From the NCBI RefSeq assembly GCF_009914755.1, contig NC_060939.1: a stretch of DNA of 64,000 nt, one strand, 5' to 3'. This document shows positions 43,945 through 57,734 of this stretch, in pieces. Below the pieces are notes generated by a model. It did not search any database, had not been told where the DNA came from, and saw only the letters and a program-made list of their open reading frames with translations. Within the stretch, counting starts at the first letter, position 1. The number at the start of each line of letters is the position of its first letter. Position numbers and translations under genes: made by a program. Origin of the DNA: the human T2T-CHM13v2.0 reference genome, Homo sapiens.

Positions 43945-46604
43945 GATATCATTCTTGAGGAGAAAGTAGGGCCATACTTCTCAGAAGATAGCCTTGACTG
44001 ACTGTACAAGAAAAGGGAACATGGTTCATCTTCTCACTCATTTTCAGCTTTCTCACTATAAATTCTAAATTTCTGGTTCTGTGTGGTGTGAGAAAGATTC
44101 TTGTGAACAAGTCTTTTCAGGTTTGTGGCAGGTGGAAAAGATAGATGAAGTGCATCTTTTTCATGTGGTAAGTGTTTACTCAGCACCAACAAAACTACAT
44201 GCCCAACACTTAGCGATGAAAGGGCTGTAAGCTCAGCTTGGGTTTAGAAACCATATGCCCCATCATGTAATGAACTGAAAGATAAAAGCAGCCAATTTCA
44301 GAGGCTGTGGGATGGGGCAGGAGCTGTGGTGCTAATAATGGGAAAGATGTTAGATTTCTAGTCCAGGTTGTTTTAAGCTATTGTTTGTGTTTGTAGAGTA
44401 GATATGACTTATTTTAAATAGTCATTACTTATTTGCAATGAGCCAATTGCTCTTTTCACATTTGTTCCCATGGTTTATTCAACTTGTAGGCTACTTTGGA
44501 GGAGTTTATAAAGTCCTGAAGAAATTTCATGGGGACAAAATTAATGCTGTCAATATATTCAAATATAGTTCATGTTTTTTTTTAACTTAAACTTAAGTAC
44601 CTTTTATATAGTGATAGTGTTATTGTTATGGATATCTGGGTACTAGAAATTTTTGTCTCGCTTAATTCTCACAACAGTCATATGAAGGAAGGAGTATTTT
44701 CTATATATTATCTATGAGAAAACTACAGCCATATACAGCTCTTTCCAAATGTTACACTATATCATAGTCTATGGGAGTACTCAGGTAAAACAGAAGGAAA
44801 GAAATATCTGAGTATTATCTGCAAAAAGTAGACATGTAAGTTCTAGTTCCTTCCTTGTGCCGTTTCTTAACAAATTCATGCAAGATTTATGGTCATAGCT
44901 TAACACAGGATTTCTTGTTTGATTAGGATCAATTATATACTGCCTAAATTCTTGGCCAAAACTGAACAAAAGTACAACACAATTCATACTTGGTAGGTAA
45001 AATTCCAAACTAAGCCTGATATTACTTCAATTTGGAATTTCAATCAAAGCTCGATCATTAAAGCCTCATTGTCCTCCTACTGCCTGTTCAAGATATTTTA
45101 TCAACAGAACGTGAGACAGATCAACCCAAGGAGACTGACTTTTGTTGCATCTTTCTACACATGCAGTTACTTGATATGTTTATTTAGGCAGCAAGAAGGA
45201 TGCATTATATGCTCTCTTCCATAAAAGTTTACATAGGTAGAGTAGGATTCGGTTGCCCATACACTCAAACTGAGACCCTTTGTGAGAGCTCACATCAGGT
45301 TTTCTTTTAAGGATTCAGGAGTTATTAATGTAATTGCTATCTCAGAGACACAGCAGTCATTTTAATACCCTTATTTGTCAAGTGTTTTCACCTCTTGATT
45401 CTTGAATATAATCTACTTTGGAGCCAACAGGGGATCATGGGAGGACATTGAATGTAATGCCCGCCAGAGGGGTTATGTGGATTTTTTTTACATATATTTT
45501 GATATATTCAGTTCCAGAATCAGGTCATTTTGTAGATTAGCAGAGTGATATTTACCCTGAAGTAAAGGGTGTATTTCCATTTCTTTCACAAATTAAAAGT
45601 TATCTTTTGCATTTGAAAATTTTAGATTTGAAAATCTTTTTACTTTAACTTTGGGTCTCATTAAAATTACAGAAGCAGGAATGAAAAAAAAATCTATATA
45701 TAGCTTTTTCTTCCACACAGCAGTTAACAACAAAAGTCAAGGAGTACCCTAGGCTGTTCATATTTCGTCCTTGCCTATGGGAAATCTCTTTCGGTGAGTT
45801 TTATCCTGTGTCTACATGAGGCAAACCAAATGTCTGTAGCAGCTAAAAGCCACGGGAGGCAGTTCCTGGCAATTGGTCTTAATTATGGAGCTATCTTCAG
45901 TGACCTTGCCATTTCCTGAAGCTCTGTGTAAGGAGACTTTCCAGTTTGCCATCTTCAGCAGTTTTTATCCAGTATAGCACCTTACTGGTATTAGCTAGGG
46001 CAGAGGCAAGGTATGGCTTCACTTCTCTGGTGCCTCAGCTCTGACTGTGATGTTGGCCTGACCACCCCAGTGATGGGCTAAGGTTTAAATTGCAGTTGCA
46101 ATTGACAGTATTCATTTTTGCTTAGGCGTCTTTCTAGGGTTTTTTTTTTTTTTTTTCCCCATTACCATTGTCCTCACCTAAAACACTTCATTTTGCTGCT
46201 GGATGACAGCGATAGCTCCTTCTGTCTTCTTGTGTTTAGTCTCTTCCTGTCTCCATCATGTGAACTTACAGTTCTTCCTAAAACAGTGTTCTCACTCTGA
46301 TACTGCCCTTCCTAGTTGCTCTGTGTATTCCACTGCATATATGATTGAGCATAATCTTTCCTTATTCTCTATAATTGAATTCCTTTCTTTTTACATGTTT
46401 ATCTTTATGCACATCTGCTCCAGTCGGGCTGTTTTCCTCGCCATGATCTGTCAAAATGATAATTAGTCATGTCTTTATGGATTCTGCCTTCTCAGTTTCT
46501 TGTGTTAATCCCTGAAGAACCTCCAGACATGTGCCTGGACTGTGCTTGCTTCCCCTCTTTACATTCTTAACCTTGCCACAATGTTAAGGGTGGAGTCTTT
46601 AGAT

Positions 46605-46918
46605 CAGCGCTATCCAACAGAAACACAACACAAGCTGCATAGGTCATTACGTGTGCAATTTTAACTTCTCTAATATCTATATTAAAAAGATAAATTAAAA
46701 CAGGAGAACATAATTTAAACAATATTTTTATATAACCCAGTATATCTAGTGTATTATTTAAATGTATACTCAGTATAAAAATTATTAGTGTGATATTTTA
46801 CTTTTGTTTATAAATCCAAAGACTTTTTTTATAAGGTATATTTATATACTTATAGCACATCTCAATTCAGATTAGTCACATTTCAAGTACTCAGTTGCCA
46901 CATGGGATTGGACAGCAG
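46605..46918. mobile_element. MER33-like (hAT-Charlie)
   Basis: cagcgctatccaacagaa ... tagtcacatttcaagtactcagttgccacatg...ttggacagcag; 8-bp-like flanks ttttagat/ctttagac. Confidence 0.85.
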
Positions 46919-47555
46919 AACTTTAGACCATTTTAGGCCAAATATTTTCCCCTTTTTATAGACTTTATTTTTTAGAGCAGTTTTAGGTTCACAGCAAAAT
47001 TGGTAGGAAATACAGAGATTTCCCATGTACCCCCAGCCCCACACATGCATAGCCTCCCCCATTGTCAACATCTCCACAAGAATGGTATGTTTGTTTCAGC
47101 TGATGAATCTTCATTGACACATCATAATTGCCCAAACTCCATAGTTTATGTTAGGTTTCTCTGTGCTACCGTACATTCTGTGGGTTTGGAGAAATGTATA
47201 TGGGCATTTATTTATAGTGTCATACAGGGTATTTTCATTGCCCTAAAAATCTTCTGTGCTTTGCCTTTTTATCCTTCTCTCCACCTTTACCTGATGGTGA
47301 CCACTGATCTTTTTACTGTCTCCATAGTTTTGCCTTTTCCAAATGTCATATAGTAAGAATCATACGGTATGTAACCTTTTCACATTGGCTTCTTTCATTT
47401 AGTAATATGCATTTAAGCTTCCTCCATGTATTTTCATAGCTTGATAGCTATTTTTTAGTGCTGAATATTATTCTATTATTTGGATATACTATAGTTTATG
47501 TATCCATTTACCTATTGAAGGATATCTTGGTTGCTTCCAAGTTTTAGCAATTATG

Positions 47556-47860
47556 TTTGTTTGTTTATTTGTTTATTTAAAGCCAGTGTCTCTCTCTGTT
47601 GCCTAGGCTGGAGTGCAGTGACACCATCATAGCTCATTGTAACATCAAATTCCTGGGCTCAAGCAGTCCTCCCACCTCAGCCTTCCGTGTAGCTGATACT
47701 AAAGGCGAACACCACCATACTCAGCTAAAAACTAGCTGAGTATAGTGAGACAGTGCTGCTGTGTTGTGCAGGCTGCTCTCAAACTCTTGGCTTCAAGCAA
47801 TCTTCCTGCCTTGGCCTCTCAAAATGCTGGGATTATAGGTGCAAGCCACCATGCCAGGCC
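47556..47860 (-). mobile_element. AluJ
   Basis: atcatagctcattgtaacatcaaattcctgggctcaagc (J-type); (TTTG)n tail. Confidence 0.9.
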
Positions 47861-48313
47861 CAAATTCTGGCGTTTATGAATAAAGATACTATAAACATCC
47901 TTGTTCAGGTTTATGTGTAGACTTAAGTTTTCAGCTCTTTTGGGTAAATAGCAAGAAATGTGATTGCTGGTTTGTATAGTAAGAATATATTTGGTTTGGT
48001 AAGAAACTGTCAAACTGTCTTTCAAAGTGGCTGTACATTTTTTATTTCCACTAGCAATGAATGACAGTTTCTGCTGCTCCATATGCTTTTCAGTGTTTGG
48101 TGTTTTTAGTGTTCCAGATTTTGGTCATTCTAATAGGTGTGTAGTGTTATATAATCTTAATTTTCCTTTATCTGATGACATATGATGTGGAACTTCTTTT
48201 CATATGATTATTTGCTAGCTATATGTCTTCTTTGGTGAGTTGTCTGCTAAGATCTTTGGGCCATTTTTTAATTGAGTTGCATGTTTTCCTATTAGTGTTA
48301 AGAATTCTTTGTA

Positions 48314-48672
<359 letters not shown>

Positions 48673-48861
48673 TCAGATACGTCTTTTGCAAATATTTTCT
48701 TCCAGCCTGTGGCTTGTCTTTGCAGTCTCTGGACATGGACTTTCATAGAGCAGACATTTTTAATTTTAATGAAGTGCCAATTATCAATTATTATCTCATG
48801 GATCCTGCCTTTGGTGTTGTATCTAAACAGTCATCATCAAACCCAAATCATCTAGGTTTTC

Positions 48862-49159
48862 TTTTTTTTTTTTTTTTGAGACGGAGTCTCGCTCTGTGGC
48901 CCAGGCGAGAGTGCAGTGGCGCGATCTCGGCTCACTGCAAGCTCCGCCTCCCGGGTTCACGCCATTCTCCTGCCTCAGCCTCCTGAGTAGCTGGGACTAC
49001 AGGCGCCCGCCATCACGCCCGGCTAATTTTTTTGTATTTTTAGTAGAGACGGGGTTTCACCGTGTTAGCCAGGATGGTCTCGATCTCCTGACCTCGTGAT
49101 CCGCCCGCCTCGGCCTCCCAAAGTGCTGGGATTACAAGCGTGAGCCACCGCGCCCGGCC
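48862..49159 (-). mobile_element. AluY
   Basis: Y diagnostics (gagatcgagaccatcctggctaacacgg, ggagcttgcag); TSD ctaggttttctt at 48852-48863 and 49160-49171. Confidence 0.97.
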
Positions 49160-50096
49160 CTAGGTTTTCTTAAGTGTTATTTTCTAGGAGTTTTATAATT
49201 TTACATTTTATATGCAGATTATGTTTGCATTTTTTACATTTTGCATTTTGAGTTAATTCTTGTAAAAGGTGTAAGATTTGTGTCTAGATTCATTTATTTT
49301 GCATGTGGATGTCCAGTTGTTTCAGCACCGTTTGTTGAACAGACTATCTTTGCTCCACTGTATTGCCTTTGCTCTTTTGTCAAAGACCAGCTGACTACAT
49401 TTACGGGGGTCTATTTCTGGACTCTCTATCCTCTTCCATTAATCTATTTGTCTGTTCTTTCACCAATACCACACTGTCTTCATGATTGTATCTTTTTACA
49501 GTAAGTCTAGAAGTTGGTCGGTGTAAGTCCTCCAATTTTGTTCTTTTCCTTCAATATTATGTTGTTTATTCTGGGTCTTTTGCCTCTCCATATAAACTTT
49601 ATAATTAGTTTGTCAACATCTACAAAATAACTTGAAGGGATTTTTATTGGGTTTGTGTTTAATCTGTAGATCAAGTTGGGAATAACTGACATCTTGATAA
49701 TACTGAGTCTTTCTGTCCTTGAATATTTCTCTATTCATTTAGTTCTTTTTTGACTTAGTATGAGAGTTTTTAGTTTTACTCTTGTAGATCTTGTATATAT
49801 TTTGTTAGATTTTTACCTAGGTATTTCATTTTGGAGGGTGCTCATTTAAATAGTATTGCATTTTTAATTTTAAATTTCACATTCATTGCTGATATATAGG
49901 AGAATAATCGACTTTTGTATATTAGCCTGTCTCCTGAAACCTTCCTGTATCCTTAGTATGATAGCTTATTAGTTTCGAGAGGGTTTTTTTTTGTGTGTGT
50001 GTCTACTCTTTTGGATTTTCTACATATATGATTATGGCATCTGTAAACAAGGACAGTTTTATTTCTTGCTTCCCAATCAGTATGCCATTTATTTCC

Positions 50097-50436
<340 letters not shown>

Positions 50437-52030
50437 TAGTGTTTAAAAGCAGTAGTGAGAGGGGACATCTTGCCTTGTTTCTCATCTTAGTGGGAAGGCT
50501 TTAAGTTTCTCACAATTAAGTATGATGTTAGCTGTAGGATTTTTTTGGGGGGGGTTTTGTAGATTTTCATTATCAAGTTGAGGAAGTTCTCTATTCCAGG
50601 TTTATTGAGAGGTTTTTTTTTTTTTTTATCATAAATGGTTATTGGATGTTGCCAATTTTTTTTTCTCTATCTGCTGATATGGTCATTGATTTCTTTTTTA
50701 GCTTGGTGATGTGTAGGTCACATTGATTGATTTTCAGATGTTGAAATTGGACCAACCTTGCATAGTTAGGATAAATCTCACTTGGTTGTGGTTGGTTTTC
50801 ATACATTGTTGGATTCTATTTGTTAATATTTTGTTGAAGTTTTTGCATTCATGTTTATAGGAGATATTAGTCTGTATTTTTCTTTTCTTGTAACATCTTC
50901 GGTTTGGGGACAAAGGATAATGCTGGCCTCATATAACATGTTTAGGAAGTAGACCCTCTGCTCTAAGTTTTGAAAGAGATTGCAGAGAATTGGTATGAAT
51001 TCTTTCTTAAACACTTGGTAGAATTCACTAGTGAATCTGTCTGGGCTGGGTGCTTTCTGTTTTGCAAGGTTATTAGTTAATCAATTTCTTTATAGATATA
51101 GGCCTGTATGATTGTCTATTTTTTCTTGTGCAAGTTTTGGCAAATTGTGTCTTTCAAAGAACTGGCCCATTTTATCTAAGTTACCAAATTTGTGGGCATG
51201 AAGTTGTTCATAGTATTCCTTTATTATTCTTTTAATGTCTTTGGGACTGGAGTTATGGCCCCTCTTTCATTTTTGATATAGTAATTTATGATGTCTCTCT
51301 CCCTCTATTTTCTTTTCCAGTTTGTCTGGCTGGAAGCTTGTCTTTTTTACTGATCTTTTCAAAGAACTAGCATTTTGTTTTGTTTTCTGTTGCCTGTTAG
51401 ATCAATTAAGAATAAGAAAAATAATGTTTTTAATTCTACTTTCACTTATCCTTCTCTAGTGGTCTTCCTTTCTTTATGTAGATTCACATTTTCAATCTAT
51501 ATCATTTTGTTTTACTCTGAAGGACTTTTAGCATTTCTTACAAGGCAGGTCTACTGGGAAAAAGTTCCATCCATTTTTGTTTAAGTTTTTATTTCTCTTA
51601 CACTTTTGAAGAATAATTTTGCAGGGTACAGAATTCTAAGGTGGTTAGTCCCCCACTCCCAACTCAATACTGTAAATATTTCCTTCCATTCTCGTATTGC
51701 TCGCATGGTTTCTGAGAAGTCAGATATGATTCTTATCTTTGTTACTTTAAGGGTAAGGTGTTTTTTCTCTCTGGCTACTTTCAAAATTTTTTCTTTATCT
51801 TTGTTTTTCTGTAGTTTGAAATGTATCTGCCCAGGTGTAGTGTTTTAGGCACTTATGTTGTTTGCTTTTCTCCGAGCTTTTGGGATCTATAATTTTGAGT
51901 TTGTCATTAATTGGAGAAATTCTCATCCTTATTTTTGTCACATATTTCTTCTGTTCTTTTGTTTTTTTCTTCCCCTTTGGCATTCCCACTTTATGCTTAT
52001 GTTACTCTTATTACATTTGTCCCACAGTTC

Positions 52031-52999
52031 TTTTTTTTTTTTTTTTTTTTTAGAAATTATGCACATCTTTATTTTAATATTTACTTCCCGATTGGCCTTC
52101 AAAACATCTTGACAGTTGGCCCCTTCCCCTGACCCACATACTAGGCTTATATTTTATTTTTTGAATTAATTTAAATGAGGTAGGCATAAATTTTGGATAC
52201 TGAATTTTTACCTTTTATAGAAGTTGCGAATATTTTTTCCCACTTTAAACTTTTTTTTTAAATTTTTCTTTTTTTTTAAATTTATTATTATTATACTTTA
52301 AGTTTTAGGGTACATGTGCACAATGTGCAGGTTAGTTACATATGTATACATGTGCCATGCTGGTGCGCTGCACCCACTAACTCGTCATCTAGCATTAGGT
52401 ATATCTCCCAGTGCTATCCCTCCCCCCTCCCCCCACCCCACAACAGTCCCCAGAGTGTGATGTTCCCCTTCGTGTGTCCATGTGTTCTCATTGTTCAATT
52501 CCCACCTATGAGTGAGAATATGCGATGTTTGGTTTTTTGTTCTTGCGATAGTTTACTGAGAATGATGATTTCCAATTTCATTTATGTCCCTACAAAGGAC
52601 ATGAACTCATCATTTTTTATGGCTGCATAGTATTCCATGGTGTATATGTGCCACATTTTCTTAATCCAGTCTATCATTGTTGGACATTTGGGTTGGTTCC
52701 AAGTCTTTGCTATTGTGAATAATGCCACAATAAACATACGTGTGCATGTGTCTTTATAGCAGCATGATTTATAGTCCTTTGGGTATATACCCAGTAATGG
52801 GATGGCTGGGTCAAATGGTATTTCTAGTTCTAGATCCCTGAGGAATCGCCACACTGACTTCCACAATGGTTGAACTAGTTTACAGTCCCACCAACAGTGT
52901 AAAAGTGTTCCTATTTCTCCACATCCTCTCCAGCACCTGTTGTTTCCTGACATTTTAATGATTGCCATTCTAACTGGTGTGAGATGGTATCTCATTGTG
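52031..52999 (-). mobile_element. 5'-truncated L1PA2-type L1 (~710 bp) with 199-bp 3' transduction and second poly(A)
   Basis: TSD tgtcccacagttcttt at 52018-52033 and 52998-53013 encloses poly(T), a unique segment, an A-rich tail and the L1 3' end. Confidence 0.93.
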
Positions 53000-54179
53000 T
53001 CCCACAGTTCTTTGATATAGTTTTCTTTTCTTTTCTTTTTTTTCAGTTTTATTTCTCTTTGCTTTTCAGTTTTTCAAGTTTCTGTCAACATATCCTCAAG
53101 CTCAAAGATTGTTTCGTCAGCCATGTCCAGCCTACTAGTAAGCCCCTAGAAGGAGTTTCATTTTGGTTCTTTCTTAAGATTTCCATCTCTCTGCTTACAT
53201 TGATTGTAAGTTCTTGAATGTTGTCTACTTTATTCATTGAAGCCCTTAGCATATTAATCACAGTTGTTTTAAATTCCCAGTCTTATAATTCAAACATTTC
53301 TGCTGTATCCCATTCTTGTGTTTGCTCTGCCTCTTCATGTTGTGTTTTTTGCCATTTTGTATTCCTTGTAATATTTTCTTGATAGCTGGACATTTTGGAC
53401 TTGGTAAATGGACAGCTGTAAGTAGGCTTTTATTGGTGGTAAGATGTGGGTGGAGGACTCTATAGTCCTATAAGTAGGTCTCAATCTTTAATGAATACAT
53501 TGGTCTCTAGACTGTGAACTGCACAAGTATTTCTCAGGTTTTGTTTTTCTCCCCCCACCCCAGGGAGAAAAAAACAGGACGGGGTGGAATAGCCAGAGTG
53601 TGCCGGTGTTGGATATTTCCCTCCCCCCATTTCAGGTAGGCTCTGATAAAACCCCAGCAGGTTAGCTTCGGGTTAATTCGTTTCTCCTGTGGGCACACCT
53701 TATTAAGAAGAACAGAGTGCTCTGGTGTATTTCAAAATGGTTCCCTTTCTCGTCTTCCTGCTTGAAGCATGAGGGGATTATTTTTTAATATTTACTATAG
53801 AAACCTGGTTGAGCTCATGCAGGTAAATCTCACAATATTGTTCCCCACCTGTGCCTATGACAAGTTCCCTGGAGTTTTTAACTTTCAAAATTGTCCACAC
53901 TGAGCTTTTGGCAATTCATCAATTACAGTTTGGGTTTCCTACTTGTCACTGGTTCCCAGGGCACTTTCCACCTGTGAGTCTCTAAGTCACAACTCCCTGT
54001 ATTCACCTATTTGTGTCTCCTGTCTTGAAGTCAGTGCTTTGTCCTGTGCCCTCCTCTCTCTTGAGGATCTTTAAAAACATATGTTCACCTCTTTCTTTGT
54101 TGTTAGGACAGAGTGGTATCTTTCAAGCTCCTTACACCAGAAACCAAAGCCCTCAAACTTTTTATTCCCTCTGCCTTTC

Positions 54180-54975
54180 TGTTGCCTGTCTCTGACTGCT
54201 CAGTGGATATCTCTGTAGGGATGCTCAACAGTCTTCTTCAGCTTATCATATCCAAGGAGACCTCATGAGCTTCTTCTCTGCATTCCTCACTACAGCACCA
54301 TCCTCTTGGTACCCCTGGCTAGAGACCTTAGAATCAGTGTTCAGATTCTCTCTCTATTGTAAAGAGTCTGTCATTAAGATATAATAGTGTTCTGATTTTG
54401 TTTTGCCTATTGTCCCTGTTCCTTATTTTATCAGTGCAGCAACAAAATTTGTGTCACCCAATTTCACTTTATATGCAGTGATTCCACATTACCTGTTTTT
54501 AAAGCTTTAGCTCCCCAACATGTTAGAAAGATCATCTTGCCCTGGTCCTGTTAGCTTTTCCAGCTGTAACTTCTGCCCCCTTCTCCCTATGCACCATATA
54601 CTACAGATGTCCACATGTTTTGTAACTCCTCATACCTTACCTCTTTCATGCTTTACTAACTTAATGCATGCCATTCTTTAGGCCTGCAATGCCCTTTCTC
54701 CTGTCCTTTTGAAAATAATTTCACTTTATCCATTAGGCTTAAACATTACCTCCTCTCCAGAGTCTCCCTCTTCCATGCAGGAAGAAATCAAGTGTCTCCT
54801 ATTTTGTTTTAGCACTTTACCACCTGTATTGCTTGTATTCCTTTCCTAACTCTCCAGCCCGCCCCCCACCTTAGATTTATGTATTCCTTGAGAGTAGAGA
54901 GAGTAAGTGTTCACCTTTGTATTTCTATCATCAAGCACTGCCTGTTACCTGGATAGCAGTGATTCAATACCTGGG
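54180..54975 (+). mobile_element. L2 fragments
   Basis: tgccattctttaggcctgcaatgccctt...aaacattacctcctctcc...ccttgagagtagaga. Confidence 0.65.
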
Positions 54976-56109
54976 TGTTCACTGTGCTGCTGATTGGCTT
55001 ATTGACCTCACTATGTAGCTTGATACTTATATACACTGTGATTACTTTAGAAATATTTTTTCCCTCTATGTAAGCTACTTCATAACAGGGCTCTATCTCT
55101 TTATTACTCATGCAGTATTAACCAGATAAAAATTAATATGAAATATATATATGTACATCCCTGGTTTCATCCACTTGGTTCAACCAAGGGAAGCCCATCT
55201 TCCTGGTAAAGAGTATCTGGTACAGTCAAGGGATTCCCGTCTGTGTGGTCTCTGCCTTTCACTAAATCATGTGCGACAGAACTGAGTATTATCCAAGTTG
55301 CAGACTTTGGATCTTCCCCAGAAAGGAACACAGTGACTAATATGAAATATTTTATTTGGACACTTTAGATATAGATAATGAATACACGTATTTCATTGGC
55401 CATCCTTTATCAATATTTATTGTTTGTCTACAGAGTGAAAAAATGTGGACATTAACCACAATCTCAGAGTCAAAAATAAGAGGTCAATGTCTGTTATAAT
55501 TTTTTTAATTTCCATGAAGAAATGATATGTAAGTTACGTTTTTTGTCATTTTAATTAGAAGAATATGTACATTTTTTATATTCCACATAAGAAATGATCC
55601 CATAGTACAGATAATATACATTTGAAGAAGTGTTAGTTCTTTATGAGGAAAAACTTATTTTTACCTTTCAGTATAAGGAGATATAAGCATGTATAGTTGT
55701 TTCATGTTACTTATATTAATCACCACATATTTACATGTCTAAAACTTCTTTAGCTACTGGTTATTTTTATTATGATGATAGTTACAGAGAGTGGCTACCT
55801 ACCATTTCAGTCCTGTTCTATTGGGCTATTTTTTAAATGCTTAATAAAACAATCTTTCTCCTACTCTGCTACTCCCCAGAGAGCTGGAAAGCCCCTTCCT
55901 GATTGGAGGACATCATTAAAAACAGTGGGGGGCACTATCAGTTTATCAATTTAGCACTTTTGATTGTGAAAAGTCTCTTTTAGCCATTTTGTTGATATTT
56001 GGGGTAAGTCTATGCTTAGATAAAATAGAAAACTGTATTTGAAGACTTGAAAGCTCCTTTGACATCTATTGAATAAGACTCCAACCCAGAAGGCAGGCGG
56101 ATGGCAATT

Positions 56110-56825
56110 TTCCCCCATTTTAAAAAGCTTTATTTTAAAATAATGTTATGCTTATTGGAAAGTTGCAAAAATAGTACAGAGATTTCACTAAATATACTCT
56201 TCACTCATTTTCCCCTAATACTAGGAAATTAACTTTGGAAAAATACTATTAACGAAACTTCATATCTTATTAGCGTTCACTAGTTATTTTTTTTTTTTTT
56301 TGCCTAATGTCATTTTTCAATTCTAGAATCTGATCCAGGATCTTATACTGTTGTTTCTTTAGTCTGTCCCAATAATTTGTGACAGTTCCTATTTCTTCCA
56401 TGTCTTTTATGATCTTGATACCTTTAATGAGTTCTTGCCAGATATTTTGTACAATATCTATCAATTTAGGTTTTTCAGGTACTTTCTCATCATTAGATTG
56501 ATGTTATACACTTTTGGTGAGGGATACCACAGAAGTAATGTTGCAGCCTTCTCAGCGAATCATATCGGGGATACATGATGGCTATACATATGTATTGTTA
56601 CTGGTGACATTAACCTTGATCACTTGGTTAAGATAATGTCTTCTGGGTTTCTCCACTGTGAAGGGCCTATTTTTCTATTTCTCATTGATAAATATCTTGG
56701 GGGAGATACTTTCAGTTAATGTTAACATCCTATTTCTCCTCAAAAATTTGAAGTGATTTTAGTGTTAATTGGTGGATGTTGCCAGCAACTGTGATATTTC
56801 CCAAATGGTGATTTTGTATTTCCCT
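56110..56825 (-). mobile_element. L1MC4/5-like 3' end
   Basis: aaagttgcaaaaatagtacagag; ttactggtgacattaaccttgatcacttggttaag; ggggagatactttc. Confidence 0.8.
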
Positions 56826-57125
56826 CGGATGGCAATTATTTTTGTGTTTTCCTTCCCTAAGAGAACATATTTCTATGTATACCTAGATTCCAAGGGAAAA
56901 GTCTAATTAAAAGTTGATGTATTTGCAAAATTTGTTACCGCATAAATTTTTTAAACCTGCTCATTTTAGTCTCTTAGTCTTTGTCCATCTATGTATCTAC
57001 CTACCCACCTACCTATCCATCTACCTGTCATGTTTATAAATTCATATTTATCAACTCATATCATTTACTAGACTATTATAGCTGATAAATATATATCTCT
57101 CATCTTTTCATATTGTCTATGTAAG

Positions 57126-57734
57126 TGTTGTGGCTTTTTAGCTCCCGTAGTTTGGGGAGTAGGAGGGAGTGGTGCCCAGCGGCTTCTTCTCTCCTGTTGT
57201 CCAGGTAGTAGGAAGGAGTGTTACAGCCCTTTGACTCCCACCACCCACAGCTCGGCGAGCAGGAGAGCTACAGCTCTTTCGCTCCTGCATTTTAGCATGT
57301 TCCAGGTTCTTATCCTGCTATCAAGAGGTCTAGGGTACGTGAACACCGGAGAATGAGTAAGGCAGAGTAGAATTTTATTAAGTGACAGAAAGAAAGCTCT
57401 CAGCATCAAGAAAAGACTCAAAAATAGGAAGCCATCTGTAAGGCTGAGTCCAGGGTTTTTTATGGGCTTAGAATGGGGAAGTGCATGCTGTTTGGTCTAT
57501 GGGTGGGCTTGGGAAAAAGCACCATTTGACTGGTTAAAAGGCATCATTCAGAAGGAACCAGTCGAGAGAGAAAGTGGATAAGATGGGGATGGAAGTTCTC
57601 ACTCTGGTCATGGATTCTATCTGAAACTGGCAGCTTGATTTTCAGGCTTTAAACCATCCTTGGCTTGAAGGCGGAGTTTCACCAGGGATCTGTCCTTGTC
57701 TACCTAGGAATTTGTCTGTCTCCTGTCACTGTGA
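57126..57734 (-). mobile_element. ERV1 solo LTR of the MER52/LTR27/LTR28 group
   Basis: tgttacagc...repeats, gaattttattaagtgacagaaag...ggcttgaaggcggagtttcaccaggga; 4-bp flanks taag/taaa. Confidence 0.8.
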
